DNA of 64,000 nt. It comes from Candidatus Omnitrophota bacterium. Lineage in GTDB: Bacteria > Omnitrophota > Gorgyraeia > Zapsychrales > Zapsychraceae. Both the position numbers and the translations under genes were made by a program. The stretch's first letter is position 1, and each line of letters opens with the position of its first letter. The notes beneath the pieces were generated by a model that saw only the letters and a program-made list of their open reading frames with translations, ran no database searches and was not told the DNA's origin. The stretch spans positions 8,017 through 72,016 of the forward strand of contig JAKLDK010000001.1 of the NCBI GenBank assembly GCA_022703565.1, given 5' to 3'. Shown here in pieces: positions 29,095 through 38,297 of this stretch.

Positions 29095-29906
29095 TGACAG
29101 GGGTTAATGAAACAGAATTCTTCTTTTTCGATGTGGAAACAACTGGTTTAGCGCCGGATTTTGGAGATAGAGTGGTTGAGTTTGCGTTTATCCGTACGCT
29201 CGGGAAGAAGGAAATAGAACGGTTTGAAACGCTAATAAACCCAATGCGTCCGATTTCTTGGCAAGCTTCTTTAGTTAACGGAATAACGGATACGATGGTG
29301 TCTTCTTCGCCACAGGCCGGCGACGTAATAAATAGAATTCTCAAGGGATTGCGCGGAGCGTGCTTGGTTGGGCATAATCTAAGATTTGATTTGAACTTTT
29401 TAAAAGCCGAATTCGCTCATGCCAAAAAAGAATTTATTTTAGAGGAGCATACAATCGATACAGTCAAATTATCTCGCGGGATATTGCCGCAATTGGGGCG
29501 GTATTCTTTGTCTCATGTTGCGTCATTCTTGGGAATCAACGACGCGCAGAAACATCGGGCTATGGCCGATGTTGTTATGACTAAAGATATCTTTTTCCGA
29601 TTATTGGAAATCGCGAAAGAGAAGAATATCGAATCTTTAGCGCAGATAATAAACTTGTTTGGCACGCAAAAAACCATTCGGCAGCGTAAAAAAGAAAAAG
29701 AAGAAATTATTAATAAAGCGATTAAGTCAAATTTTGATGTTGAAATTATATATTTTGGTACAACCAACGGAGCAACTGTTCGAAAGGTAAAGCCGCTCGA
29801 TATTTGTGGTTCGGGTAGAGAAAAGGCAATGATCGGTTTTTGCCACTTGCGCAATGAAGAGAGAAGTTTTAGGCTGGATAGGATAATTCAGGTAAAAGCG
29901 GGTTAA
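29088..29906 (+). CDS. DEDDh 3'-5' exonuclease (DnaQ/RNase T-like) fused to a C-terminal WYL domain
   Basis: Exo I FFDVETTGL, Exo II VGHNLRFDLNFL, Exo III HRAMADV. The C-terminal ~90 aa (VEIIYFGTTNGATVRKVKPLDI...AMIGFCHLRNEERSFRLDRIIQVK) match the WYL domain, including the RxFRLDRI hallmark. Confidence 0.7.
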   Translation: MLMTGVNETEFFFFDVETTGLAPDFGDRVVEFAFIRTLGKKEIERFETLINPMRPISWQASLVNGITDTMVSSSPQAGDVINRILKGLRGACLVGHNLRFDLNFLKAEFAHAKKEFILEEHTIDTVKLSRGILPQLGRYSLSHVASFLGINDAQKHRAMADVVMTKDIFFRLLEIAKEKNIESLAQIINLFGTQKTIRQRKKEKEEIINKAIKSNFDVEIIYFGTTNGATVRKVKPLDICGSGREKAMIGFCHLRNEERSFRLDRIIQVKAG

Positions 29907-29980
29907 GTGAAAAGAACTTTCTTGGCTTTAATGGGACGAAATGCCATGCTGTTCTGTTTTATAATTAAACAAATATAGGA

Positions 29981-30009
29981 TTGCCGTTAACAGGACTTCT
30001 TTGTATAAT
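29981..30009 (+). promoter_or_regulatory. Sigma70-type promoter
   Basis: TTGCCG, 17-bp spacer, TATAAT (30004-30009), upstream of the coiled-coil protein gene. Confidence 0.5.
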
Positions 30010-30018
30010 TAATTTATT

Positions 30019-31017
30019 ATGAATTCCAAATTAATACTTTTATTAATAATATTCCTTCTCATCGTAATTTCTCCATCTTTAATTTTTTCTCAAGAAACAA
30101 ACACCGATTTATTGCTAAGAGAGCAGAGTTTAGCGGTTGACTCAAGCCCTGTTGGATTAGAAGATTTTAGCATGATGAAAATTCAAGTCGGTGAATTGCT
30201 GCAGGAGAACCAAACATTAGAAGTGCAATATAAATGGCTTAAGGAAGAAATAGAAAACTTAGATAAAGCAATAAAAGATGAAACGGAGAATCTAGGGCGG
30301 ATTAAGAATGATTTTGGGTTGAAAAATGCTTCCGGTGAAACCATCGTGCCTACTACGTACGATCAGGTTGAAACCGAGCTGCTTTTGCAGGAAAGCCAGA
30401 AAAATGCCTTAAATCTCAAGGCGATCGATTCTGATAGCGTTAGTAAGCTTTGGGAATTAAAATTGGCTGATTTACAGTATCAGAAAAGGCAATTGGAATT
30501 AGAAGTAAAAATGGCTTCGTTGACTTGTAAAGAAAATCTGGATAAGCGGAAAGAGGAATTAACTGCTTTAAATAAGATTTTGCAGGATAATTTATCCCAG
30601 GCGGAGGCATTAAAAAAGCAAATTAGCGAGATGGAAAAGAAAGCGGATGTTTCTCCGCAACAGTTAAGCGAATATAAAATAATCAACAAAAGGTTAGAAG
30701 CGCAAATTGAAGAAAAGAAGCGCGAGATTGGTTATTTTGAGCGTGAGAATAAATTATTTGAGGATAAAAAGAATTATATTGCGAAGTCACTAGATTATGA
30801 TTTAGAAAAAGTAAAAGAGCAGAAACTGATTTTAGAGAATTTAATTAAAGATTTAGAAAAACAATATAAGGGTATAAATCAAATGGTTAAAGCTTCAATC
30901 GTTAATCAAAAGCAAATCAATGACTATACCCAAGAATTTATCAATATTGATAAAGAAAATCAAAAATTACGCCAAGAGATAGAAGCTGCGCAGAAGAAAA
31001 TTGACGAGTCAAAATAA
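30019..31017 (+). CDS. Secreted coiled-coil protein
   Basis: Signal peptide followed by about 300 aa of heptad-rich, E/K/Q-rich sequence. Confidence 0.5.
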   Translation: MNSKLILLLIIFLLIVISPSLIFSQETNTDLLLREQSLAVDSSPVGLEDFSMMKIQVGELLQENQTLEVQYKWLKEEIENLDKAIKDETENLGRIKNDFGLKNASGETIVPTTYDQVETELLLQESQKNALNLKAIDSDSVSKLWELKLADLQYQKRQLELEVKMASLTCKENLDKRKEELTALNKILQDNLSQAEALKKQISEMEKKADVSPQQLSEYKIINKRLEAQIEEKKREIGYFERENKLFEDKKNYIAKSLDYDLEKVKEQKLILENLIKDLEKQYKGINQMVKASIVNQKQINDYTQEFINIDKENQKLRQEIEAAQKKIDESK

Positions 31018-31166
31018 TCTTGGTATGGGCATTATGGTAAGGTTACAGGGATATATCGCAAGATGTATCCCTAAATTATTTTGGCTTTTTAAGGTAAAAT
31101 AAGATACAATTGTTATCTAATAATATAAGTATTAATTTATATTCCTAATTTTTAAAGGAGATTGCT

Positions 31167-31652
31167 ATGGATGAAATTTTAGAAGTCCTATCGAACGACG
31201 CAAGAATTACACCGGCAGAAATTGCTAAATTGACTAAAAGAAATGTTAATGATGTTAAGAAGGCAATAAAAAATTATGAAAAGAACGGGACTATCGTAAA
31301 GTATAAGGCGATTATCAATCAAGGAATGCTAAAGGAAGAAAAAGAGCGGGTCAGGGCTTTAATTGAGGTCAGTATTCTTCCGCAAAAAGACGTAGGTTTT
31401 GATTATATCTCGGAGAGGATTTATAGTTTTCCGGAAGTGTCCAGCTGTTATTTGGTTTCCGGAACGTATGATTTATTGGTTGTTGTTGAAGGAAGTAGCC
31501 TGCAAGATGTTTCGGAATTTATTTCCTCAAAATTAGCTCCAATGCAAAATGTTAGAAGTACCGCGACGCATTTCTTACTCAAGAAATATAAAGAGGACGG
31601 ACAAATATTTAAAAGAAGCACACAAAGTAAACGATTAAATATCTCATTTTAA
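31167..31652 (+). CDS. Lrp/AsnC-family transcriptional regulator
   Basis: N-terminal HTH (LDEILEVLSNDARITPAEIAK) plus a C-terminal RAM domain; 161 aa. Confidence 0.8.
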   Translation: MDEILEVLSNDARITPAEIAKLTKRNVNDVKKAIKNYEKNGTIVKYKAIINQGMLKEEKERVRALIEVSILPQKDVGFDYISERIYSFPEVSSCYLVSGTYDLLVVVEGSSLQDVSEFISSKLAPMQNVRSTATHFLLKKYKEDGQIFKRSTQSKRLNISF

Positions 31653-31654
31653 AA

Positions 31655-32815
31655 ATGGAAATTAAATTATCAAAAAAAGTTGAACAGTTAGCTCCCTCAG
31701 GAATCCGCGCATTCTTTGATTTGGTTTTGGGAATGAAGGACGTTATTTCTTTGGGCGTGGGTGAGCCGGATTTTGTTACGCCCTGGAATATCCGGGAAAA
31801 AGCTATTTTTTCGCTCGAGCAAGGGTATACCTCTTATACCTCGAATAAAGGGATGATTGAGCTAAGAAAACAAATCGCATTGTTCTTGGAAAATCGTTAT
31901 GGGGTAAGATATGACCCGGAAGAAGAAATTCTAATCACGGTGGGGGTGAGCGAAGCATTAGATTTAGCAATGCGCGCTTTAATTAACCCAGGCGACAAGG
32001 TTATAATTCCTGAGCCTGCTTATGTTGCTTATACGGCCGATGTTGATTTGGCATATGGTAAAGCGGTTAGGATTGAAACAGAATCTCCCAATGGTTTTAA
32101 ATTAACTCCGCAAATGATTTCTAAAGAAGCGAAAAAGGGAGTTAAAGGTTTGTTGCTGAATTATCCTGCAAATCCGACGGGTGTTTCTTATACCAAAACA
32201 GAATTGGAAGATATTGCGAAAATAATTAAGAAATATAACATGTTCATTATTACCGACGAAGTTTATGACGAGCTTACTTATGATTTTTCGCATACACCAT
32301 TTCCTTCGCTTAAGGGAATGAAAGAGCATACTGTCTATATGAATGGTTTTTCCAAGGCTTACGCGATGACTGGTTTTCGTATTGGTTATGTTTGTGGCCC
32401 CAAGAAAGTTATTTCAGCGATGACTAAAATTCATCAATATACAATGCTCTGTGTTCCGATAACAGCACAGATGGCGGCAATGGAGGCTTTGAAAAACGGG
32501 TATAAAAGTGTTCAGGAAATGAAAAGAGAATATAGAAGAAGGCGGGAATTCATCGTCGATGCTTTAAATGGCCTTGGGTTAAAATGCCATATGCCGCAAG
32601 GCGCTTTTTATGTCTTCCCGTCGATTAAATCAACGAAAGAAAGTTCAGTTGATTTTGCTAAAAATCTATTGTTAAGTCAAAAGGTCGCGGTAGTTCCGGG
32701 TACTGCTTTCGGGGCAGCTTATGACGGATATGTCCGCATGGCTTATGCTGCGAGTTATGATAATTTAAAGGAAGTAGCCGTGAGAATAAAGAAATACCTT
32801 GATTCCAAGAAATAA
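31655..32815 (+). CDS. PLP-dependent aminotransferase class I (aspartate/aromatic aminotransferase family)
   Basis: PLP-lysine motif SKAYAMTGFRIGY; 386 aa; adjacent to the Lrp regulator. Confidence 0.85.
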   Translation: MEIKLSKKVEQLAPSGIRAFFDLVLGMKDVISLGVGEPDFVTPWNIREKAIFSLEQGYTSYTSNKGMIELRKQIALFLENRYGVRYDPEEEILITVGVSEALDLAMRALINPGDKVIIPEPAYVAYTADVDLAYGKAVRIETESPNGFKLTPQMISKEAKKGVKGLLLNYPANPTGVSYTKTELEDIAKIIKKYNMFIITDEVYDELTYDFSHTPFPSLKGMKEHTVYMNGFSKAYAMTGFRIGYVCGPKKVISAMTKIHQYTMLCVPITAQMAAMEALKNGYKSVQEMKREYRRRREFIVDALNGLGLKCHMPQGAFYVFPSIKSTKESSVDFAKNLLLSQKVAVVPGTAFGAAYDGYVRMAYAASYDNLKEVAVRIKKYLDSKK

Positions 32816-32820
32816 TTATT

Positions 32821-33219
32821 ATGCAAAACGACATTGAATTAAAAAACATGGACTTTGAAATTAGTTTTTATGAGAAAATAATTTCATTTAGCCCGAATTT
32901 TACTGAGGCCCTAATAGCTTTAGGTGATTTGTATACTAAAAAAGGCTTGTATTTAAAAGGCCTTACAATCGACCAGAAATTAGCGTCGCTTTGTCCGGAT
33001 GATCCGATTGTTTTGTATAATTTGGGCTGCAGCTATTCGTTATTAAACGAGGTTGATAAAGCGCTTTTGGTTATAAAAGAGGCGATTAAAATAGGTTATG
33101 ATGATTTTGAATTCCTTTCAAAAGACGAAGATTTGGGTAATTTACAAAAAGACGAACGATTTGTCCAATACTTCCTTTCCTTGAAGAAAAAAAGAACTGT
33201 TAAGCAAAAGAAGACATGA
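32821..33219 (+). CDS. TPR-repeat protein
   Basis: TPR signatures (ALIALGDLYTKKGLY, LYNLGCSYSLLNEVDKAL). Confidence 0.6.
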   Translation: MQNDIELKNMDFEISFYEKIISFSPNFTEALIALGDLYTKKGLYLKGLTIDQKLASLCPDDPIVLYNLGCSYSLLNEVDKALLVIKEAIKIGYDDFEFLSKDEDLGNLQKDERFVQYFLSLKKKRTVKQKKT

Positions 33220-35123
33220 GTTCTATTTCCAAATCCGAAGATGTTAGCGTAAAATTTGTGGCCAAAGGTATTTATGACGAGAAAAGACAATATATCCGCC
33301 TTTCCAGTGTCTTTCCGGTAGCTTTTCGTATAATTCTTCCTGATAAAAAGAAAAACGAGATGAATTGGCAGCAGGGATATACCTGTAATGTCAGTAACGG
33401 TGGAATCTGCGTTGAAACAAATGCGGTTGATAATATTACTGAGAAATTATTAAATGCGGCTGAAAATTATGTTGATATCCGGCTTAGCATTCCTCTAAGG
33501 CAAGCTCCGATTGAAGCAAGTGCTAAGCTTATATGGAGCAGGTGTGATATAGTACACGATACAAAAAAGTATTTCTTCGGGTTAAAGTTTGAAGAAATTT
33601 CTCCACGGGATTTAAGAAAAGTTGTTTGGCATGCCAAAGTGCATAAATATGCGGCTCGAGCGTCATTTTTATTAGGAATAATATTGGTGATTAGTTTATC
33701 TGCCAGTTTCTTATATAATCAAAAATTGCGGTACGAAAATAAGATGATAGTATCAGCCTTGGTTAATCTAGAGGAGAAGACGGGCCGGATGGCCCAGAGT
33801 TACGAGGTGACACAAAAGCAAGCTTTAGACAAAGAAAAAGAGTTACAGTCGGTAAGCGAAAGCGATTTAACCAGCAAGAAAAGATTAGAGAATGAATATG
33901 AAGATTTAGTAAAAAGATTAAATCAGCAGGCAGATAGCATGGATATCCTGGATAGGAAAAAGCAGGGCTTGCAAAAAACAATTTCGCAAAAAATGTATTT
34001 GTGGTTAAAAAATCACCAAAGTTATACGACGGGATTGGTCTTGAGCTTTGAAGGTAAAGATAAGATTGTTAAAGACTGGTCCTTTATTTATGACCAAGCT
34101 TTGGCGGTTTGCGTCTTTCTACTTTATGATGATACCAAAAGTGCTCGGGATATTTTGAATTTCTTTACGCGTGAATTAACCAACGATTTTAACGGATTTA
34201 ATAATGCGTTCTTTTACGATTCTGGCGATATCTCGGAATTTACCGTTCATTGCGGGCCGAATATTTGGCTGGGGATTGCAGCCTTGCAGTATGTGAAAAA
34301 AACATCGGATTACTATTACCTTGATTTAGCGAAAAGAATTGCCGATTGGCTTATTGAAATTCAAGAGGGTGATCCCGAAGGTGGGCTTAAAGGTGGCCCA
34401 ACTGTTTTTTGGTTTTCAACCGAGCATAATTTAGACGCGTATGCTTTTTTAAATATGCTTTATAATGAAACAGAAGAAGAGAAATACGGAATTGCCCGGG
34501 ATAAAATAAAGTCCTGGCTTAACAATCATGCCATGGTTCCGCATGACAGAGATTACAGCTCACCGCCTATAAATCGAGGCCGAGGCGATGCCACAATTGC
34601 AACCGATACTTTTGCCTGGGCTTTGGCTTCATTGGGCCCGCAGGAGTTGAAAGATATGGGAATGGACCCGGAAGAGATAATGAAGTTTGCCGAGGAGAAT
34701 TGCAGTGTTGCGACGAATTATGTCCGGCCCAGCGGAATAGTTGTGAATGTTAAAGGTTTTGATTTCTCAAAAGTGGCGAATATGCCCCGTGGCGGGCTTG
34801 TTTCTCCGGAATGGACATCGCAAATGATTGTGTCATTTAGGATGCTGAGCCGTTATTTTAAGAAAAACGGAGATGATTTAAAAGCAGAATATTATGCCCA
34901 AAAAGCAAATATTTATTTAAATGAATTAAATAAAATAGTTATTTCTAGTGCGTCGCCGACGGGTCGTGGCGAAGGATGCCTTCCTTATGCGACCAAGGAA
35001 AATGCTGATACCGGGCATGGTTGGAATACTCCCAACGGGAATAATACTTGCTCGATTGCCGGAACAGCTTATATGGTAATGGCGATAAAAGATTTCAATC
35101 CGCTCTCGTTAGAGCAAAATTAA
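33216..35123 (+). CDS. PilZ domain - TM - coiled coil - (alpha/alpha)6-barrel-like domain protein
   Basis: N-terminal PilZ motifs RQYIR and NVSNGGICV; a TM helix (ASFLLGIILVISL); a coiled coil; and a C-terminal ~400 aa with a W/G/A-rich six-hairpin glycosidase/epimerase-like pattern (GPNIWLGIAALQY, DQALAV). Confidence 0.55.
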   Translation: MSSISKSEDVSVKFVAKGIYDEKRQYIRLSSVFPVAFRIILPDKKKNEMNWQQGYTCNVSNGGICVETNAVDNITEKLLNAAENYVDIRLSIPLRQAPIEASAKLIWSRCDIVHDTKKYFFGLKFEEISPRDLRKVVWHAKVHKYAARASFLLGIILVISLSASFLYNQKLRYENKMIVSALVNLEEKTGRMAQSYEVTQKQALDKEKELQSVSESDLTSKKRLENEYEDLVKRLNQQADSMDILDRKKQGLQKTISQKMYLWLKNHQSYTTGLVLSFEGKDKIVKDWSFIYDQALAVCVFLLYDDTKSARDILNFFTRELTNDFNGFNNAFFYDSGDISEFTVHCGPNIWLGIAALQYVKKTSDYYYLDLAKRIADWLIEIQEGDPEGGLKGGPTVFWFSTEHNLDAYAFLNMLYNETEEEKYGIARDKIKSWLNNHAMVPHDRDYSSPPINRGRGDATIATDTFAWALASLGPQELKDMGMDPEEIMKFAEENCSVATNYVRPSGIVVNVKGFDFSKVANMPRGGLVSPEWTSQMIVSFRMLSRYFKKNGDDLKAEYYAQKANIYLNELNKIVISSASPTGRGEGCLPYATKENADTGHGWNTPNGNNTCSIAGTAYMVMAIKDFNPLSLEQN

Positions 35124-35150
35124 AATGATGTTGATATCAAAAGGACAGAG

Positions 35151-35567
35151 ATGAAGTCATATCGGGAAGAGTTAGTTTTTGAGACACCTCATCGGCGGGA
35201 TTATATTAATATTACCTCTCAGGTTGAGAAGGCTTTACAAAAAAGTAAAATCAAAGAAGGTTTATGTTTGGTCAACGCGATGCACATAACGGCGAGTGTT
35301 TATATTAATGATGATGAAGACGGCTTGATTCATGATTATGATGAATGGCTAGAGAAATTAGCCCCGCACGAGCCGGTGTCAAAATACCGGCATAATACCG
35401 GAGAAGACAATGCCGATGCTCATATGAAAAGGCAGGTTATGGGGCGGGAAGTTGTGGTGGCGATAACCGACGGAAAACTTGACTTCGGGCCGTGGGAGCA
35501 GATATTTTATGGTGAATTCGACGGACGGAGGAAAAAGAGGGTTCTAATTAAGATTATTGGCGAATAG
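35151..35567 (+). CDS. yjbQ: YjbQ-family protein (UPF0047; secondary thiamine-phosphate synthase-like)
   Basis: 138 aa with the [15 protein letters not shown] and [11 protein letters not shown] motifs. Confidence 0.8.
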   Translation: MKSYREELVFETPHRRDYINITSQVEKALQKSKIKEGLCLVNAMHITASVYINDDEDGLIHDYDEWLEKLAPHEPVSKYRHNTGEDNADAHMKRQVMGREVVVAITDGKLDFGPWEQIFYGEFDGRRKKRVLIKIIGE

Positions 35568-35577
35568 ATTGTGGTGG

Positions 35578-35607
35578 TCCCGACGCTCGCTTGTGCTTCG
35601 GTCGGGA
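35578..35607 (+). terminator. Possible terminator hairpin after yjbQ
   Basis: TCCCGAC, 16-nt loop, GTCGGGA; the downstream U-tract is weak. Confidence 0.35.
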
Positions 35608-35664
35608 TTAATTCGGCCAAATGATTTATGTTCGTTACCGCTCCATAAATCATGGCCTCATTAA

Positions 35665-35733
35665 CAGATATTTTACGGTGAATTTGACGGCCGCCGCAAG
35701 AAACGGGTATTAATAAAAATTATCGGAGAATAA
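35665..35733 (+). pseudogene. Relic of the 3' end of a second yjbQ allele (22 codons plus stop, no start)
   Basis: Encodes [22 protein letters not shown], identical to the intact yjbQ C-terminus 166 nt upstream, yet 15 of 23 codons differ and every change is synonymous. It is preceded by an in-frame TAA. Confidence 0.75.
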
Positions 35734-35758
35734 TTTCTAATAATCAGGAGAGGAAAAG

Positions 35759-36664
35759 ATGAGTATAATTGCGTTGGGAACAATTGCTATTGATAACATA
35801 AAAGTTGATTCTATCGACAAAAGAAATCTTTTAGGCGGGTCAGCCGCGCACTTTGCGATGAGCGCTAGATTTTTTACTAAAGTAAGTTTAGCCGGTATTG
35901 TTGGGACGGATTTTCCAAAAGAACATTTTAAGTTATTTGCGGATAAAAAGATTGATATCTCGGCGGTAGTCAGAAAAGAAGGTAAAACGTTTTGCTGGCA
36001 TGGCGAATATAAAAAAGGTGATTATAATCACGCAATTACGTTAAAGACCGAGCTGGGGGTTATTACCGAGTACAAGCCCAAATTAACTTTAGTGCAAAAA
36101 AATATGCCAAATGTTTTTTTAGCGAATCTGGACCCGGAAAGCCAGTTAGCTTTTTTAAGCGAAATGAAAAATCCGAAAATGGTCGGGTTAGACAGCATGA
36201 ATTTGTGGATTGCCAATAACCGTCCGACTCTGATGAAATTAATCAAAAAAGTTGATATATTTTTTGTTAACGACGGAGAAGCTTGCCAATTGACCAATGA
36301 GCACAATTGCATAAAAGCTATAAATGCATTAAGAAAGCTGGGGCCTAAATATATTATTCTTAAAAAAGGCGAACATGGTGTTTTGGTTTGTGGGAATAAA
36401 ACTTTATTTTCTTTTCCGGCCTATCATGTCGAGCGGGTTATTGACCCAACCGGAGCCGGAGATACTTTTGCCGGTGGAGTAATGGGGTATTTAAGTAAAG
36501 CCGGGAAGATAAATGAAAAAATATTAAAAGAAGCAACTCTTTATGCGACCACGTTCTCTTCTTTTAATGTTGAAGGCTTCGGAATGGAACGGACAGCACG
36601 GTTGAGCCCAAAGGACGTTAAGGCTCGTCTAAACAAATTGATAAAATTTATTTCGCCTAAATAA
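35759..36664 (+). CDS. PfkB-family carbohydrate/nucleoside kinase
   Basis: DPTGAGDTFAGGVMGYL PfkB signature 2 and an N-terminal GG motif; 301 aa. Confidence 0.8.
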   Translation: MSIIALGTIAIDNIKVDSIDKRNLLGGSAAHFAMSARFFTKVSLAGIVGTDFPKEHFKLFADKKIDISAVVRKEGKTFCWHGEYKKGDYNHAITLKTELGVITEYKPKLTLVQKNMPNVFLANLDPESQLAFLSEMKNPKMVGLDSMNLWIANNRPTLMKLIKKVDIFFVNDGEACQLTNEHNCIKAINALRKLGPKYIILKKGEHGVLVCGNKTLFSFPAYHVERVIDPTGAGDTFAGGVMGYLSKAGKINEKILKEATLYATTFSSFNVEGFGMERTARLSPKDVKARLNKLIKFISPK

Positions 36665-36674
36665 AGGAAAAATA

Positions 36675-37598
36675 ATGGGAAAAAAAGAAACTATTAAAAC
36701 ACGCTCCGGAGTTGTAGCTATCGTCGGGAGGCCTAATTCCGGGAAATCGACTTTATTAAATAATATTCTAGGTGAAAAAGTAGCGATTGTATCTAAAGTC
36801 CCGCAAACAACCCGAAATCAAGTGCGCGGGATTTATACTGATGAGCGCGGGCAAATTGTTTTTATTGATACCCCGGGGGTGCATAGTTCACGGGATAATC
36901 TCGATAAATTTATGAACAAGGCCTCTATGTCTACCTTGGATGATGCGGATTGTATTATTTATCTGGTTGATGTTAGCCGCCGTATCGGGGATGAAGAAAT
37001 GCGGATTTTAGAAAAAGTAAAAGAGGTCAAGAAACCGGTAATTTTAGCTTTGAATAAGGTTGATTTAGGACAAGATAGAATTACAGATTATATTTCGATG
37101 TGGGAAGAGGCCAAAGGTATGATTGTTCAGGAAATGAAGAAGTTCTCATTAATTATTATATCCGGCGAGAAGAAACGAAATCTTGATACTTTGTTGGATG
37201 TTATTTTTAGCCATTTGCCCGAGGGTCCATTACTGTATCCGGAAGATATTGTTTGTGATGTTCCGCAAAAAATGGTTATGGCCGATATTATCCGCGAAAA
37301 GCTATTTCAAGAATTGCGAGAGGAAGTTCCGCATTCTCTGGGCGTTTTAATTGAGCAGGTGCAGCCGCGTAAAAAAAAGACGCTTTTTGTTAAGGCTTTG
37401 GTTTTGGTTGAAAGGGCGAACCAGAAAGAAATTGTTATTGGCAAAAACGGCCAGATGTTAAAGAAAATCGGAACGCAAGCCCGAGTGGAATTAGAAGAGC
37501 TTTTAGATTCCAAGGTTTTTCTGGAAATTTATGTGAAGGTTCATGAAAAGTGGCGTGATGATACGTATATGTTAAAAGATTCCGGATACTCTCTTTAA
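36675..37598 (+). CDS. era: GTPase Era
   Basis: G1 GRPNSGKST, G3 DTPG, G4 NKVD, and a C-terminal KH domain (KVFLEIYVKV). Confidence 0.9.
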   Translation: MGKKETIKTRSGVVAIVGRPNSGKSTLLNNILGEKVAIVSKVPQTTRNQVRGIYTDERGQIVFIDTPGVHSSRDNLDKFMNKASMSTLDDADCIIYLVDVSRRIGDEEMRILEKVKEVKKPVILALNKVDLGQDRITDYISMWEEAKGMIVQEMKKFSLIIISGEKKRNLDTLLDVIFSHLPEGPLLYPEDIVCDVPQKMVMADIIREKLFQELREEVPHSLGVLIEQVQPRKKKTLFVKALVLVERANQKEIVIGKNGQMLKKIGTQARVELEELLDSKVFLEIYVKVHEKWRDDTYMLKDSGYSL

Positions 37599-37633
37599 AG
37601 AACGAAAAACATCTAAATTGCGCGAAAAAAAAT

Positions 37634-38296
37634 ATGGCACGAATCTTATCTGCAAGGCAAATAAAGAAGCTGGACGAAATAGCGATGGAGAAATGCAGTA
37701 TCCCCTCAATTGTGTTAATGGAAAATGCTGGTAGAAAAGTTGCAGAAGAAATGTTTAACCTAGCGAAGAAAGTAAAAAATGTTTGTGTTTTTTGTGGTGT
37801 AGGAAATAATGGCGGGGATGGTTTTGTTGCTGCCCGGTATTTAGGGGAAAAAGATATTAAGGCGGACTGTTTTGTAATTGGGAAAGTAAAAGACCTAAAA
37901 AGTGATGCGGCAACAAATTATAGGATATTAAAGAAGTTAGGTTATAAAACATTTGCAATTGATTCGGCCGCCCGTTTTGTGCTCGAAAAATTAAAGAAAG
38001 CCGATGTTATTGTTGATGCGATATTTGGCGTGGGATTAAATCGAGAGGTTGGCGAGCCATTTAAAAGTATTATTAATTTGATAAACAAATCGAAAAAGAA
38101 AGTTATTTCGATTGATGTTCCTTCGGGATTAGATGCGACAACCGGAAAGCTATGGGGCGCTTGCGTGAAGGCTGATAGAACAATAACCTTTTCTTGTGCC
38201 AAAAAAGGGTTCTATATTAATTCCGGGAGGCAATATACCGGAAAAGTAATAATTGCAGATATAGGAATTCCGAAGAAGTTATATTTTAAGGTTTGA
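37634..38296 (+). CDS. NAD(P)H-hydrate epimerase (YjeF N-terminal domain)
   Basis: VFCGVGNNGGDGFVAARYL motif; 220 aa; no fused C-terminal dehydratase domain. Confidence 0.8.
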   Translation: MARILSARQIKKLDEIAMEKCSIPSIVLMENAGRKVAEEMFNLAKKVKNVCVFCGVGNNGGDGFVAARYLGEKDIKADCFVIGKVKDLKSDAATNYRILKKLGYKTFAIDSAARFVLEKLKKADVIVDAIFGVGLNREVGEPFKSIINLINKSKKKVISIDVPSGLDATTGKLWGACVKADRTITFSCAKKGFYINSGRQYTGKVIIADIGIPKKLYFKV

Positions 38297-38297
38297 T

